A DNA stretch of 54,624 nucleotides from IMG/VR virus record IMGVR_UViG_3300032050_000177, positions 1 through 54,624 of that record; one strand, 5' to 3'. Made by a program: the position numbers and the translations under genes. This DNA comes from a virus (taxonomy: Duplodnaviria; Caudoviricetes). Below, piece by piece: positions 47,798 to 54,624 of the stretch (positions are counted from its first letter, which is position 1; each line of letters opens with the position of its first letter). The notes under the pieces are model-generated. The model saw only the letters and a program-made list of their open reading frames with translations. It was not told the origin of the DNA and ran no database searches.

Positions 47798-48073
47798 TTA
47801 GTTATTTTCGTCTATTTGTAGTAGGGCGTATTCTATGGTACTCATGTACTGATCTACTTGGGATGGTGTATACTCTCGCCCATTAGATGCTAGGGCGTGT
47901 CTATATAGCAATCTTTTATGTTTATCCATTTTAGTAAGGTCACGAAGCTCTTTTATTTGGCCACTGTCCTTTATTTTAGATAGTGTCTTAAAGGATTTAT
48001 ATAGATCAGAGTAATCGTTATCATCTCCATGCATCTCTGTCATATAGTCTATGAATTCTTTCTTTGTGACCAT
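47798..48073 (-). CDS. Hypothetical protein
   Basis: 91 aa, AGGAGA RBS. Confidence 0.65.
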   Translation of the reverse strand: MVTKKEFIDYMTEMHGDDNDYSDLYKSFKTLSKIKDSGQIKELRDLTKMDKHKRLLYRHALASNGREYTPSQVDQYMSTIEYALLQIDENN

Positions 48074-48165
48074 GTTGAATCTCCTATTGAATTTGGCGCG
48101 TTTTGGGCCTTATTTTTAGTAATAAACCCGTTTAAACCTAATATTTCATGTTATTAGGTGTGATT

Positions 48166-48600
48166 TTACACACGGGCTGGAATATTGACTTTTGCTATCT
48201 TATGGGGCGCTCTATACATATTAGGAATATACTGGGACTGTTCTTCTGGTCCCATATAAATATACCCGAATCCGCCCTCGTTCCCATATACCACCAAGCC
48301 CTTAGAGTCTTGTGACTTTACAATATATATACCAGAATCCGTAAAATATTGTTTATCACCATTGTCTCCAACATAATAGTTACCAGACCGCCCAAATACC
48401 TTTATACGATCACCATTAGCCAACTCTCTCCAATCATCTATATACTCTATCTTCTTTACCTTCTTGGGCTTCTTCACCTTCTTATTTTTAGAGGTGGCTC
48501 CACTTACAAATGCATGATTACAATGTTTACAAGAGTGAGATCGGGCGCCATTGATTTGATTACAATTCTTACAAAGCTTTTGTCCACGTTTTGGTTTCAT
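48166..48600 (-). CDS. Zinc-ribbon protein
   Basis: 'RGQKLCKNC....GAR...CKHC.H.F' plus basic linker. Confidence 0.7.
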   Translation of the reverse strand: MKPKRGQKLCKNCNQINGARSHSCKHCNHAFVSGATSKNKKVKKPKKVKKIEYIDDWRELANGDRIKVFGRSGNYYVGDNGDKQYFTDSGIYIVKSQDSKGLVVYGNEGGFGYIYMGPEEQSQYIPNMYRAPHKIAKVNIPARV

Positions 48601-48610
48601 ATAGTCCTTT

Positions 48611-48730
48611 CACTGACTATGAGTATCTGGGCGATCTTATTGATTTGAGTAGTACAGTATACATCGTCATATCCCTGGTGTCAACTACAATATAAAAAGT
48701 CGCTGACTATCAGCATTGTGGCGATCTTAT
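48611..48730. repeat. Imperfect 30-bp direct repeat pair flanking a promoter
   Basis: cactgactatgagtatctgggcgatcttat (48611-48640) vs cgctgactatcagcattgtggcgatcttat (48701-48730), 24/30 identical. Confidence 0.75.
48656..48684 (-). promoter_or_regulatory. sigma70-type promoter
   Basis: TTGACA-17-TATACT with CGAT. Confidence 0.8.
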
Positions 48731-48733
48731 ATA

Positions 48734-48958
48734 TTAAGGTGAGACAATGGTAAGTTCATGATTATGCATATGTATAAAATAACTTTTACTAATGATCTTA
48801 CCTTCTATACCTTCTACCATACGCTTACTATATATGTTGACCCGCCAGCGGTTATCAAATACATTAATACTTTTGCACCCTATATAATCCTTGGGCTTCT
48901 CTACATAATTGAAAATAATATCACAAGGAGTAATGCCCCAATCCTCAATCTTTGTCAT
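48734..48958 (-). CDS. Hypothetical protein
   Basis: 'INVFDNRWRVNIY......I.KSYF'. Confidence 0.6.
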   Translation of the reverse strand: MTKIEDWGITPCDIIFNYVEKPKDYIGCKSINVFDNRWRVNIYSKRMVEGIEGKIISKSYFIHMHNHELTIVSP

Positions 48959-49133
48959 TGGAAATCCTTTCACAGTATTTAACATAAAACCTCTATTTTC
49001 GCTGACTGTATTGCAATAACTTGAACCTTTTGGTTGGGGTTGTACACCCCCTTGCCCAGCCTGTGTAGATTACCTATCTTACCCATCTTCACAACTGAAC
49101 CTTCTCCATTCTACCATATCGACACTCTAGACA

Positions 49134-49249
49134 CAACCTCTTGAGATCAAAGGACTTACGTAGACTTGACGTAAGTACTTGGAAATAAATAACTTATGGA
49201 AAATGGTCCCGGCCCCGCTTGACGCAAACCCTTGCGGCATAAGGACTTA
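49134..49249. repeat. Composite palindromic element copy 1 (sites 49172-49196 and 49225-49249) plus extra site 49134-49158
   Basis: Consensus TAAGTCCTT-N7-AAGGACTTA; 28-bp spacer containing CCCGGCCCCGC. Confidence 0.85.
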
Positions 49250-49262
49250 GGACGAATAAGAG

Positions 49263-49309
49263 AAAAAGAAACCGGCCACCACCGATGACGTATTTATGAT
49301 GGTGACCGG
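49263..49309 (-). terminator. Rho-independent terminator
   Basis: CCGGTCACCATC/GGTGGTGGCCGG stem followed by TTTCTTTTT. Confidence 0.8.
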
Positions 49310-49326
49310 CTCTTTCCCTTTATAAC

Positions 49327-50529
49327 TTAAGCTGTAAGAGCGAAAATCTTTTCGTAGTCCTTATCAGTGTAAGTATCAGCACGACGCAGGATGGTACTCC
49401 AGCTATTAGCAGAGGTTTCCATCAGACCGCCAGCCATTTCGTCAAGCCGTACCCAAGTCTTATTATCAAACTTCTGGCCAGCACGGGTCAGGCCGTTGAT
49501 AATACCAAACAGGTTACGATGCTCAGACTCCATAGTAATATACTGCTCAAGGAACTCTGTAGCCTCACGCTTCGACAGTTTATAATCTGACGAAACCGCT
49601 GCGATAACACCCTTAACACTAGCCTTGCCAGTTTCCATAGCACGGGTAGCGAGGAATTGCTTAATACCGGGAGCAAGAAGCGGAATCTGATCCTGGATAT
49701 TCTTAGCAATTTCCATCTTAAGTTTAACAAGATCAATATTACCACGGTGAACACGACGAATCTTTTCGCCCGTAGTCTGACCCCAGATACAACCGTTCAT
49801 GCAGATAGCACGAAACAGGCTGGGCGTTTGACTAATGCGGCGAGTACCAATCTCGCAATTACCAACACTAATCATACCACCATAGTCACTATCGTCAGAA
49901 CCATAATCCATGATAGTATCGGGGATAAGAACATTACCATAGATAGTATCCTCATCGCCACGCCAGTGACTGAAACGACCGCCGGGAATAAACTCCGCGA
50001 GGGTTTCCAAATACCAGCGATTATCAACCGGAGCATACTGATCTGTCACGAAAGCACGACAAGTACCATCGGTATAGGTACGGAGTCGGAATTTCTTATC
50101 TTGGTCAATACGTCGCAGAGCATTATTACCCACAATAGCCATAGTATTAGCATCGTGAGAATCAAACCCCTCAATATTACGCATCTCACGCAGGAATGAA
50201 GAACTGGTAACGCCAGCCCTCACGCTGAACTGTTCAATAGCATGATCGGTCGGGCGAAACTTACGCCCATCGTGCAGCTTAAAAGAGAACTCGCCATCCT
50301 CGCTCACGCAAGAGATGCTCTTAGTCTCAACCAGAATATCCTCACGATTCTCAACGGCAACGTGAGCATCCTGCATAACCTGTTCGTAGGTTTTAGTCTT
50401 AGACCACCAATCCTTATGAACATGCGTTCCCTTCTCAAAACCAACGCCCGTTTGGCCTTGCAGGGTACGCACAAAATCGCCCTGACTCTTATCGGACGCA
50501 ATAACCAGTTTATCGTAGCTCATCATCAA
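49327..50529 (-). CDS. DUF932-like phage/plasmid protein
   Basis: 'PTDHA..Q', 'RA..TD.Y...DN', 'G....N.E.G', 'R.IC.NG..W.......R.H.G'. Confidence 0.65.
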   Translation of the reverse strand: MMMSYDKLVIASDKSQGDFVRTLQGQTGVGFEKGTHVHKDWWSKTKTYEQVMQDAHVAVENREDILVETKSISCVSEDGEFSFKLHDGRKFRPTDHAIEQFSVRAGVTSSSFLREMRNIEGFDSHDANTMAIVGNNALRRIDQDKKFRLRTYTDGTCRAFVTDQYAPVDNRWYLETLAEFIPGGRFSHWRGDEDTIYGNVLIPDTIMDYGSDDSDYGGMISVGNCEIGTRRISQTPSLFRAICMNGCIWGQTTGEKIRRVHRGNIDLVKLKMEIAKNIQDQIPLLAPGIKQFLATRAMETGKASVKGVIAAVSSDYKLSKREATEFLEQYITMESEHRNLFGIINGLTRAGQKFDNKTWVRLDEMAGGLMETSANSWSTILRRADTYTDKDYEKIFALTA

Positions 50530-50564
50530 TCTCCTAAAGTGGGATCATCAACTCTTGTTCCCCT

Positions 50565-50592
50565 ATCATACTATACATTATCGGCGTGTCAA
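50565..50592 (-). promoter_or_regulatory. sigma70-type promoter
   Basis: TTGACA-16-TATGAT, CGATAA in spacer. Confidence 0.8.
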
Positions 50593-50623
50593 GGGGTCAG
50601 CATTAGAAATTTCTTTTTAGCTC

Positions 50624-50701
50624 TAAACCCTTGTGGAATAAGGACTTATGGCGAGCCGCCCCGGCCCCGCTGTTCCTAAATATAGGCAGCGTAAGGACTT
50701 A
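50624..50701. repeat. Composite palindromic element copy 2
   Basis: Sites 50624-50648 and 50677-50701, 28-bp GC-rich spacer. Confidence 0.85.
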
Positions 50702-50704
50702 CGT

Positions 50705-50896
50705 TCAATCTTCTAAGAGATGTGGATAAACCGCAAGTATTTCTCTTTCGAGAACTTCGGATTCCAATAATTCGTTTTTCTCTACCAATGTTTCATAAGC
50801 AAAGGTATATAGAGAATCCCAATCCATACTGTCCAATACTTCGTGAGAGTATGAGCGAACAATATCCATCTTATTATTAGCATTAACTTTAATCAA
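50705..50896 (-). CDS. Hypothetical protein (paralog family A)
   Basis: 'N..DIV..Y....LD.MD......L..EI....P.LLED'. Confidence 0.7.
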   Translation of the reverse strand: MIKVNANNKMDIVRSYSHEVLDSMDWDSLYTFAYETLVEKNELLESEVLEREILAVYPHLLED

Positions 50897-51120
50897 TTCA
50901 CATACTCCATATAATATATATCAAACACCTGTTTCCACGTTGGCATGTCGTACCAAGGATCTCCCTCGTTTACACATACGCCATTCTTATCATATATATC
51001 ATGCCAGGAAACATTTCTGTTATCACGATCTACCATGGAATCATATACAGCATATATTTCGTATACGCCATAATCAAGTCGCTCGTCATAGATATATGTT
51101 GCTATATGTTCTTCGTTCAT
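50893..51120 (-). CDS. Hypothetical protein (paralog family B)
   Basis: Similar to 39469-39756. Confidence 0.7.
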   Translation of the reverse strand: MNEEHIATYIYDERLDYGVYEIYAVYDSMVDRDNRNVSWHDIYDKNGVCVNEGDPWYDMPTWKQVFDIYYMEYVN

Positions 51121-51276
51121 AATATGGCACCGTTTAAAAGTGTGAGAGGATATTGGTTTAATTTATAACACAAACTATCCCGATTTATTTATCTTGGTAC
51201 AGCATACTCCATATAACAATCATAATCATGAGTTCTAGCAATGATACTCCCTAGGTGAAATGATAACATATCACAG

Positions 51277-51352
51277 TAGGGCGAGTAGGAGTCGAACCTA
51301 CCTATGAACACCTTATAAGAGTGTCGGATGCAACCGGCTTACCTTTCGCCCC
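51277..51352 (-). tRNA. tRNA-Ile(UAU)
   Basis: GGGGCGA/TCGCCCT acceptor, ACACT-CTTATAA-GGTGT anticodon arm, GTAGG-TTCGACT-CCTAC; atypical A8 and weak D stem. Confidence 0.85.
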
Positions 51353-51373
51353 GTGAAGCGGGTGATACAAGGC

Positions 51374-51402
51374 ATTATACCATGTACCACCCGCATCGTC
51401 AA
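51374..51402 (-). promoter_or_regulatory. sigma70-type promoter of tRNA-Ile
   Basis: TTGACG-17-TATAAT. Confidence 0.75.
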
Positions 51403-51409
51403 GGGAGAA

Positions 51410-51628
51410 TCAACGATAGCAGTGCGTTTCGATCATCTTATCGCACAGCAGGGTACGCACCGTCTGATCCACAGCACGAACCACGGCATAGCGGCCATTA
51501 GGGCCAGTACCAACACGCTCAATGCGACCAACGTGATACTTCAGCACATTCTTACTGCCGTGCAGCGGATACTTGCACTTGATATGGCGGTTCTTACGAA
51601 GGCTAGCAAAGTTATTAGACATAATCAT
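51410..51628 (-). CDS. Small hypothetical protein (possibly WYL/SH3-like)
   Basis: 72 aa; C-terminal 'RTLLCDKM'. Confidence 0.55.
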   Translation of the reverse strand: MIMSNNFASLRKNRHIKCKYPLHGSKNVLKYHVGRIERVGTGPNGRYAVVRAVDQTVRTLLCDKMIETHCYR

Positions 51629-51633
51629 CTCCC

Positions 51634-51771
51634 TTAGTTAGTAAACATCTTCTCAACATCGGCAAGGGCATACACAGCCGTCTTGCCATTCAACACAAAC
51701 GTCACACCATTAGCCGCGATACTAACAACCTTACCGTACTTAGTATCGTCATTCAAGCCAAGAATCTTCAT
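51634..51771 (-). CDS. Small hypothetical protein (45 aa)
   Basis: MKILGLNDDTKYGKVVSIAANG...; GAGGA RBS; below ORF-track cutoff. Confidence 0.55.
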   Translation of the reverse strand: MKILGLNDDTKYGKVVSIAANGVTFVLNGKTAVYALADVEKMFTN

Positions 51772-51796
51772 TCTTTGTTCCTCGTTATTTTCAATA

Positions 51797-52168
51797 TCAC
51801 CACCAGCTATCATACACTACAGTTAGTCCGTTGTCAATAGCCTCTCGGGCTTTACGAACAAACTCCAAATCTTGATCTTTATAGTATCCGTCACTGTTAT
51901 CTCCAAAGAAGAATCCTCCAGTAGACGGAAGTTCATTATTAGAAACAGCAGACTCCAAACATGCCAGATCGTCCAAATCCAATTCAAGGGGAACACAGTT
52001 GAAATCGCCCATCATATTAGACTCGTAATCCTCTGGCAAACCGGGACGCCCCTTTTCTTCCCACAGATTTTCCATCCAACCTTGAAGATTAGGATGCTTA
52101 CGCCAGTAGGCAATTTCAGTCTTATTACCTTCCTTGTCAATCGTAGAAGCATACTGATCCAGACCCAT
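51797..52168 (-). CDS. Conserved hypothetical phage protein
   Basis: 'MGLDQY...YWRKH..LQGW...FNC.....LP.T.GFFFG...Y.SWW'. Confidence 0.8.
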   Translation of the reverse strand: MGLDQYASTIDKEGNKTEIAYWRKHPNLQGWMENLWEEKGRPGLPEDYESNMMGDFNCVPLELDLDDLACLESAVSNNELPSTGGFFFGDNSDGYYKDQDLEFVRKAREAIDNGLTVVYDSWW

Positions 52169-52286
52169 TATAATCTCCTAATTAGTGAAAGTGTGATATA
52201 CCTATACTGGTCTAACGTCCAGTTGCGTTTTCGACTTCCACCGCCTATAAGGTATATCGGTATTCTACTCTCTAGTCTTTAGAAAA

Positions 52287-52562
52287 TCAAGCCTCGACCG
52301 TAGCAGGAACCTCTGCCTTCACGGCCTTCGGAGCCTTCGGAGCCTTGACGGGCTTCGGGGCAGCAAGGCTAACGCCAGCCACACGCTTTGCCCAAACCTT
52401 ATAACCCTGCTCTGCCAGAACGTCAGACTTGACCTGACGATGCACAGCGTGGATGCTACCGATACCGTCAACAGCGGCATTAAGCGAACCACGAACAGCA
52501 TCAATGTCAATACCAACCGGCGAATCCGTCACAATATCAACCGTAAAAGAAAACTTGTGCAT
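52287..52562 (-). CDS. Hypothetical protein with Ala/Lys/Pro-rich tail
   Basis: ATG 52562 after AAGGAG; PKPVKAPKAPKAVKA histone-like tail. Confidence 0.7.
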   Translation of the reverse strand: MHKFSFTVDIVTDSPVGIDIDAVRGSLNAAVDGIGSIHAVHRQVKSDVLAEQGYKVWAKRVAGVSLAAPKPVKAPKAPKAVKAEVPATVEA

Positions 52563-52608
52563 AATCAACTCCTTATCAAAAGTTAGTGTTATCAACCTTA
52601 CTACGACG

Positions 52609-52636
52609 ATTATACATCTATTATCGACCCTGTCAA
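52609..52636 (-). promoter_or_regulatory. sigma70-type promoter
   Basis: TTGACA-16-TATAAT, CGATAA in spacer. Confidence 0.85.
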
Positions 52637-52667
52637 GCACAATCTTGAAAAAAAATTTTATTCGTCA

Positions 52668-52745
52668 TAAGTTGTTGTGGCGTAAGGACTTATGGCGAGA
52701 GCGGCCCGCCCCGCTAGCTCTAAATCCTTATGGGATAAAGAGTTA
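52668..52745. repeat. Composite palindromic element copy 3
   Basis: Sites 52668-52692 and 52721-52745, 28-bp GC-rich spacer. Confidence 0.85.
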
Positions 52746-52754
52746 GGGAGAGTC

Positions 52755-53114
52755 TCAAGCATTAGTTGTCCAGCACGAACAACCACACCTCCCCAGTTCC
52801 TCGCACAGTTTGTGTGCAACCTCTGGGTCAAGAGGTTTGGTGAACATGGTCTTGTTGTAGTTTTGGGCTTCCTCAACCCAATCCTTGGCATCCTTCAAGC
52901 CAATACCGGTAGCCAACCGCAGGCTTTTAATGGCAGGAATCTTCTGATCCCAATACTGACCATTATAGGCCACGCCATTACAAGCCACCAGTAACTTCTC
53001 GTTACCAGTAGCCAGTTCCAGAGCCTTGATGATCCTCTCGTATAGATCACCAGTGCAACTGGAGTTAGAAGCCAGCGACACCATCTCACGAATCGTCATG
53101 CCAACATTAATCAT
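52755..53114 (-). CDS. Ribosomal protein L7/L12 C-terminal-domain-like protein
   Basis: 'KIPAIKSLRLATGIGLKDAKDWVEEA...A.KL.EEL...G'. Confidence 0.8.
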   Translation of the reverse strand: MINVGMTIREMVSLASNSSCTGDLYERIIKALELATGNEKLLVACNGVAYNGQYWDQKIPAIKSLRLATGIGLKDAKDWVEEAQNYNKTMFTKPLDPEVAHKLCEELGRCGCSCWTTNA

Positions 53115-53524
53115 ACTCTTTCCTCCAGAACGTAAACTTGTTTGTCGTTAGTAATCAGTGTAGAGTATTCGCTATCATCCCACACGAATTCGTTGCTATC
53201 GCTCTCTCGTCGCCAGTGTGGGTCACGAATAGGATTATAATACAATTTCTCTAGATCGTCAACTGGAATATTCTTAATCGGCCTAACTTCTTCACACTTG
53301 ACCCATCCACTAACATCGTGAACGCCAGCCTTATGTACTTTCTTGGCCTTGTTGGGATAATTCACCAATTTGCAACCAATCATCTCTAGCTGATATTCGT
53401 TAGGATTATAGTAGTATACATCTACCTTTTTCCTACCCTGCATGATCTTAATTTGCCAGTGCATATAATGCTGGCCTTTGCTCAGATGAAATCGAACTTC
53501 GGCGTGTAGTGGTTTCTGTTTCAT
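53111..53524 (-). CDS. Hypothetical protein (probably leaderless)
   Basis: ATG 6 nt downstream of TATAAT; 'VRFHL..G.HYMHWQI'. Confidence 0.7.
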   Translation of the reverse strand: MKQKPLHAEVRFHLSKGQHYMHWQIKIMQGRKKVDVYYYNPNEYQLEMIGCKLVNYPNKAKKVHKAGVHDVSGWVKCEEVRPIKNIPVDDLEKLYYNPIRDPHWRRESDSNEFVWDDSEYSTLITNDKQVYVLEERV

Positions 53525-53530
53525 GCTCAT

Positions 53531-53559
53531 ATTATACGTTATCGACCATATCCTGTCAA
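53531..53559 (-). promoter_or_regulatory. sigma70-type promoter
   Basis: TTGACA-17-TATAAT, CGATAA in spacer. Confidence 0.85.
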
Positions 53560-53564
53560 GACCT

Positions 53565-53879
53565 TTAATCGTATAAATTTTGTGTGTATTCTTTCGGAAT
53601 TATGGGACACCAACTCTTGGCCCGTTCCTCGTCGTAAGGAAGCCAGAATGGGGCGTCACAAGCGTCACACACTCCAAAGGTGACGTTGGTGAATATATGA
53701 GAACAAAGCTCTATCACCTTTTCCTCATACACTTTCACACCATTCTCATCATAATAGTGTGGAGTGAATGATCTTTCTTCGTAAGAATAGTGACCAATCC
53801 ACAGGCCAATGTTGGGGCCGAAGTAATAAACTTTCTGGCCAACCTTGGGTGGATTCTTATGAGAACTATTCCACTCCAT
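53565..53879 (-). CDS. Hypothetical protein (DUF551-like)
   Basis: 'MEW.S....PK.GQKV'. Confidence 0.6.
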   Translation of the reverse strand: MEWNSSHKNPPKVGQKVYYFGPNIGLWIGHYSYEERSFTPHYYDENGVKVYEEKVIELCSHIFTNVTFGVCDACDAPFWLPYDEERAKSWCPIIPKEYTQNLYD

Positions 53880-54076
53880 TACCAACCCTCCGGCATAGGA
53901 ATATCACCAAGATACATATAATAGGCAACTTCATTACTATCAAGAGTTTCCCAACTTTCACTATCCCCATAACCCCATGAAACACCGTCCCAATATAGTT
54001 CAGTAGGCTTATTGCTATCAACAATAGCACAAAGATAGTAGCCAATATCAATAGGTTGTCCACTTCGCCACTTCAT
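53879..54076 (-). CDS. Hypothetical protein
   Basis: ATG 54076; 'W..G.P...GYYLC......LYWDG..W...V..YM'. Confidence 0.6.
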   Translation of the reverse strand: MKWRSGQPIDIGYYLCAIVDSNKPTELYWDGVSWGYGDSESWETLDSNEVAYYMYLGDIPMPEGW

Positions 54077-54078
54077 AT

Positions 54079-54243
54079 TCACACCCTCTCTGCTATTTTC
54101 GCCCACTGTTCGATCAAATCTTTAGCCATTATACCATGCTCAAATGCTAATGCAAATGCCTCATCCCTCATAGGTTTGCTCATAACGGCCATACGGCTAT
54201 TTAAAACTTTCAGAATCTTAACGATTGCTTCTTCTTTAGTCAT
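54079..54243 (-). CDS. Small hypothetical protein (54 aa)
   Basis: MTKEEAIVKILKVL...; AAGGA RBS; below ORF-track cutoff. Confidence 0.55.
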   Translation of the reverse strand: MTKEEAIVKILKVLNSRMAVMSKPMRDEAFALAFEHGIMAKDLIEQWAKIAERV

Positions 54244-54334
54244 TCTTTTTCCTTATATTAAAACCAGCGAGATATTTACGGTCAATCCCTATAACCCCAC
54301 CAATACCCGATATTATTAACCCTTGGGCCAGGTA

Positions 54335-54570
54335 AAAATTGGCGGGAAGCGGCCTACGCTCCTTTCGTTCCGTTCATGAATCGGACACAGGGAGGGGTGA
54401 CAGCTACTGGTTGTATTGGCCGTGGTGAGGACGCTATCCCCCATAGATTAGCACTACTATACAGCGTATAAGCCCGCTGTCAACCCCACGCTGCATCACA
54501 GCCGTAGGTTTATCGTAATGGCTTATCCTAATCTAGTCCCGAGCATGGACCCACGGATATTTGTTTTGTC
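54335..54570 (-). ncRNA. Candidate large structured ncRNA
   Basis: ORF-free GC-rich segment downstream of a TTGACA-17-TATGAT promoter with many long-range complementary blocks. Confidence 0.55.
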
Positions 54571-54580
54571 TTATTTATAC

Positions 54581-54609
54581 ATCATACTCGTTACGCCACG
54601 CCCTGTCAA
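54581..54609 (-). promoter_or_regulatory. sigma70-type promoter
   Basis: TTGACA-17-TATGAT. Confidence 0.75.
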
Positions 54610-54624
54610 GAGCTTTTCTTGTAC

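Noticed and set aside
49134-52745. CRISPR array interpretation of the palindromic repeats
   Set aside because: Repeats are degenerate and occur in dispersed pairs, the 28-bp spacers are similar to each other, and there are no cas genes
508-54319. Plus-strand ORFs other than 42862-43380 and short alternative-frame minus ORFs (e.g. 25324-25911, 52658-52891)
   Set aside because: They are shadows of better-supported genes or span regulatory repeats, and have no motifs or RBS
54335-54570. Hammerhead ribozyme or 6S RNA assignment
   Set aside because: CGAAA is present but there is no CUGAUGA core; the pairing is not a simple rod with a central bubble

Overview
This window is part of a large, AT-rich dsDNA tailed-phage genome, and nearly all genes lie on the minus strand. 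It divides into four regions. (1) 1-16.7 kb holds late/structural genes: repeat-rich fibre or adhesin proteins, a GC-rich recombinant patch, an RCC1 + circularly permuted FGE-sulfatase/CLec + Mtd-N-like fibre, a papain-like peptidase with a LAGLIDADG intein at its catalytic Cys, a holin-like protein and a TM-PAS protein. (2) 16.7-31.5 kb holds a phage sigma factor, two glycosyltransferases, nucleotide-metabolism genes (NDT-like, two deaminases, guaC, thyX), ssb, rIIA/rIIB-like genes, an exported trypsin-like protease and thioredoxin, HNH/EndoVII nucleases, tRNA-Tyr and a complete tmRNA. (3) 31.5-47.5 kb is dense with small hypothetical ORFs, plus two metallophosphoesterases, UvsE, tRNA-Leu(UAA) and a D-armless tRNA-like RNA (UCU). 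(4) 47.5-54.6 kb is an early-type region with strong sigma70 promoters, tRNA-Ile(UAU) and an L7/L12-CTD-like protein. The most striking unexplained signals are a thrice-repeated 78-bp element (two 9-7-9 palindromic sites TAAGTCCTT-N7-AAGGACTTA, exactly 28 bp apart around a CCCGGCCCCGC core, each upstream of a promoter), several structured non-coding RNA candidates (54.33-54.57 kb, 36.99-37.10 kb, and a SAM-I-like remnant at 32.23-32.45 kb), and two distinct promoter classes. All assignments come from motif reading by eye; no database searches were run.
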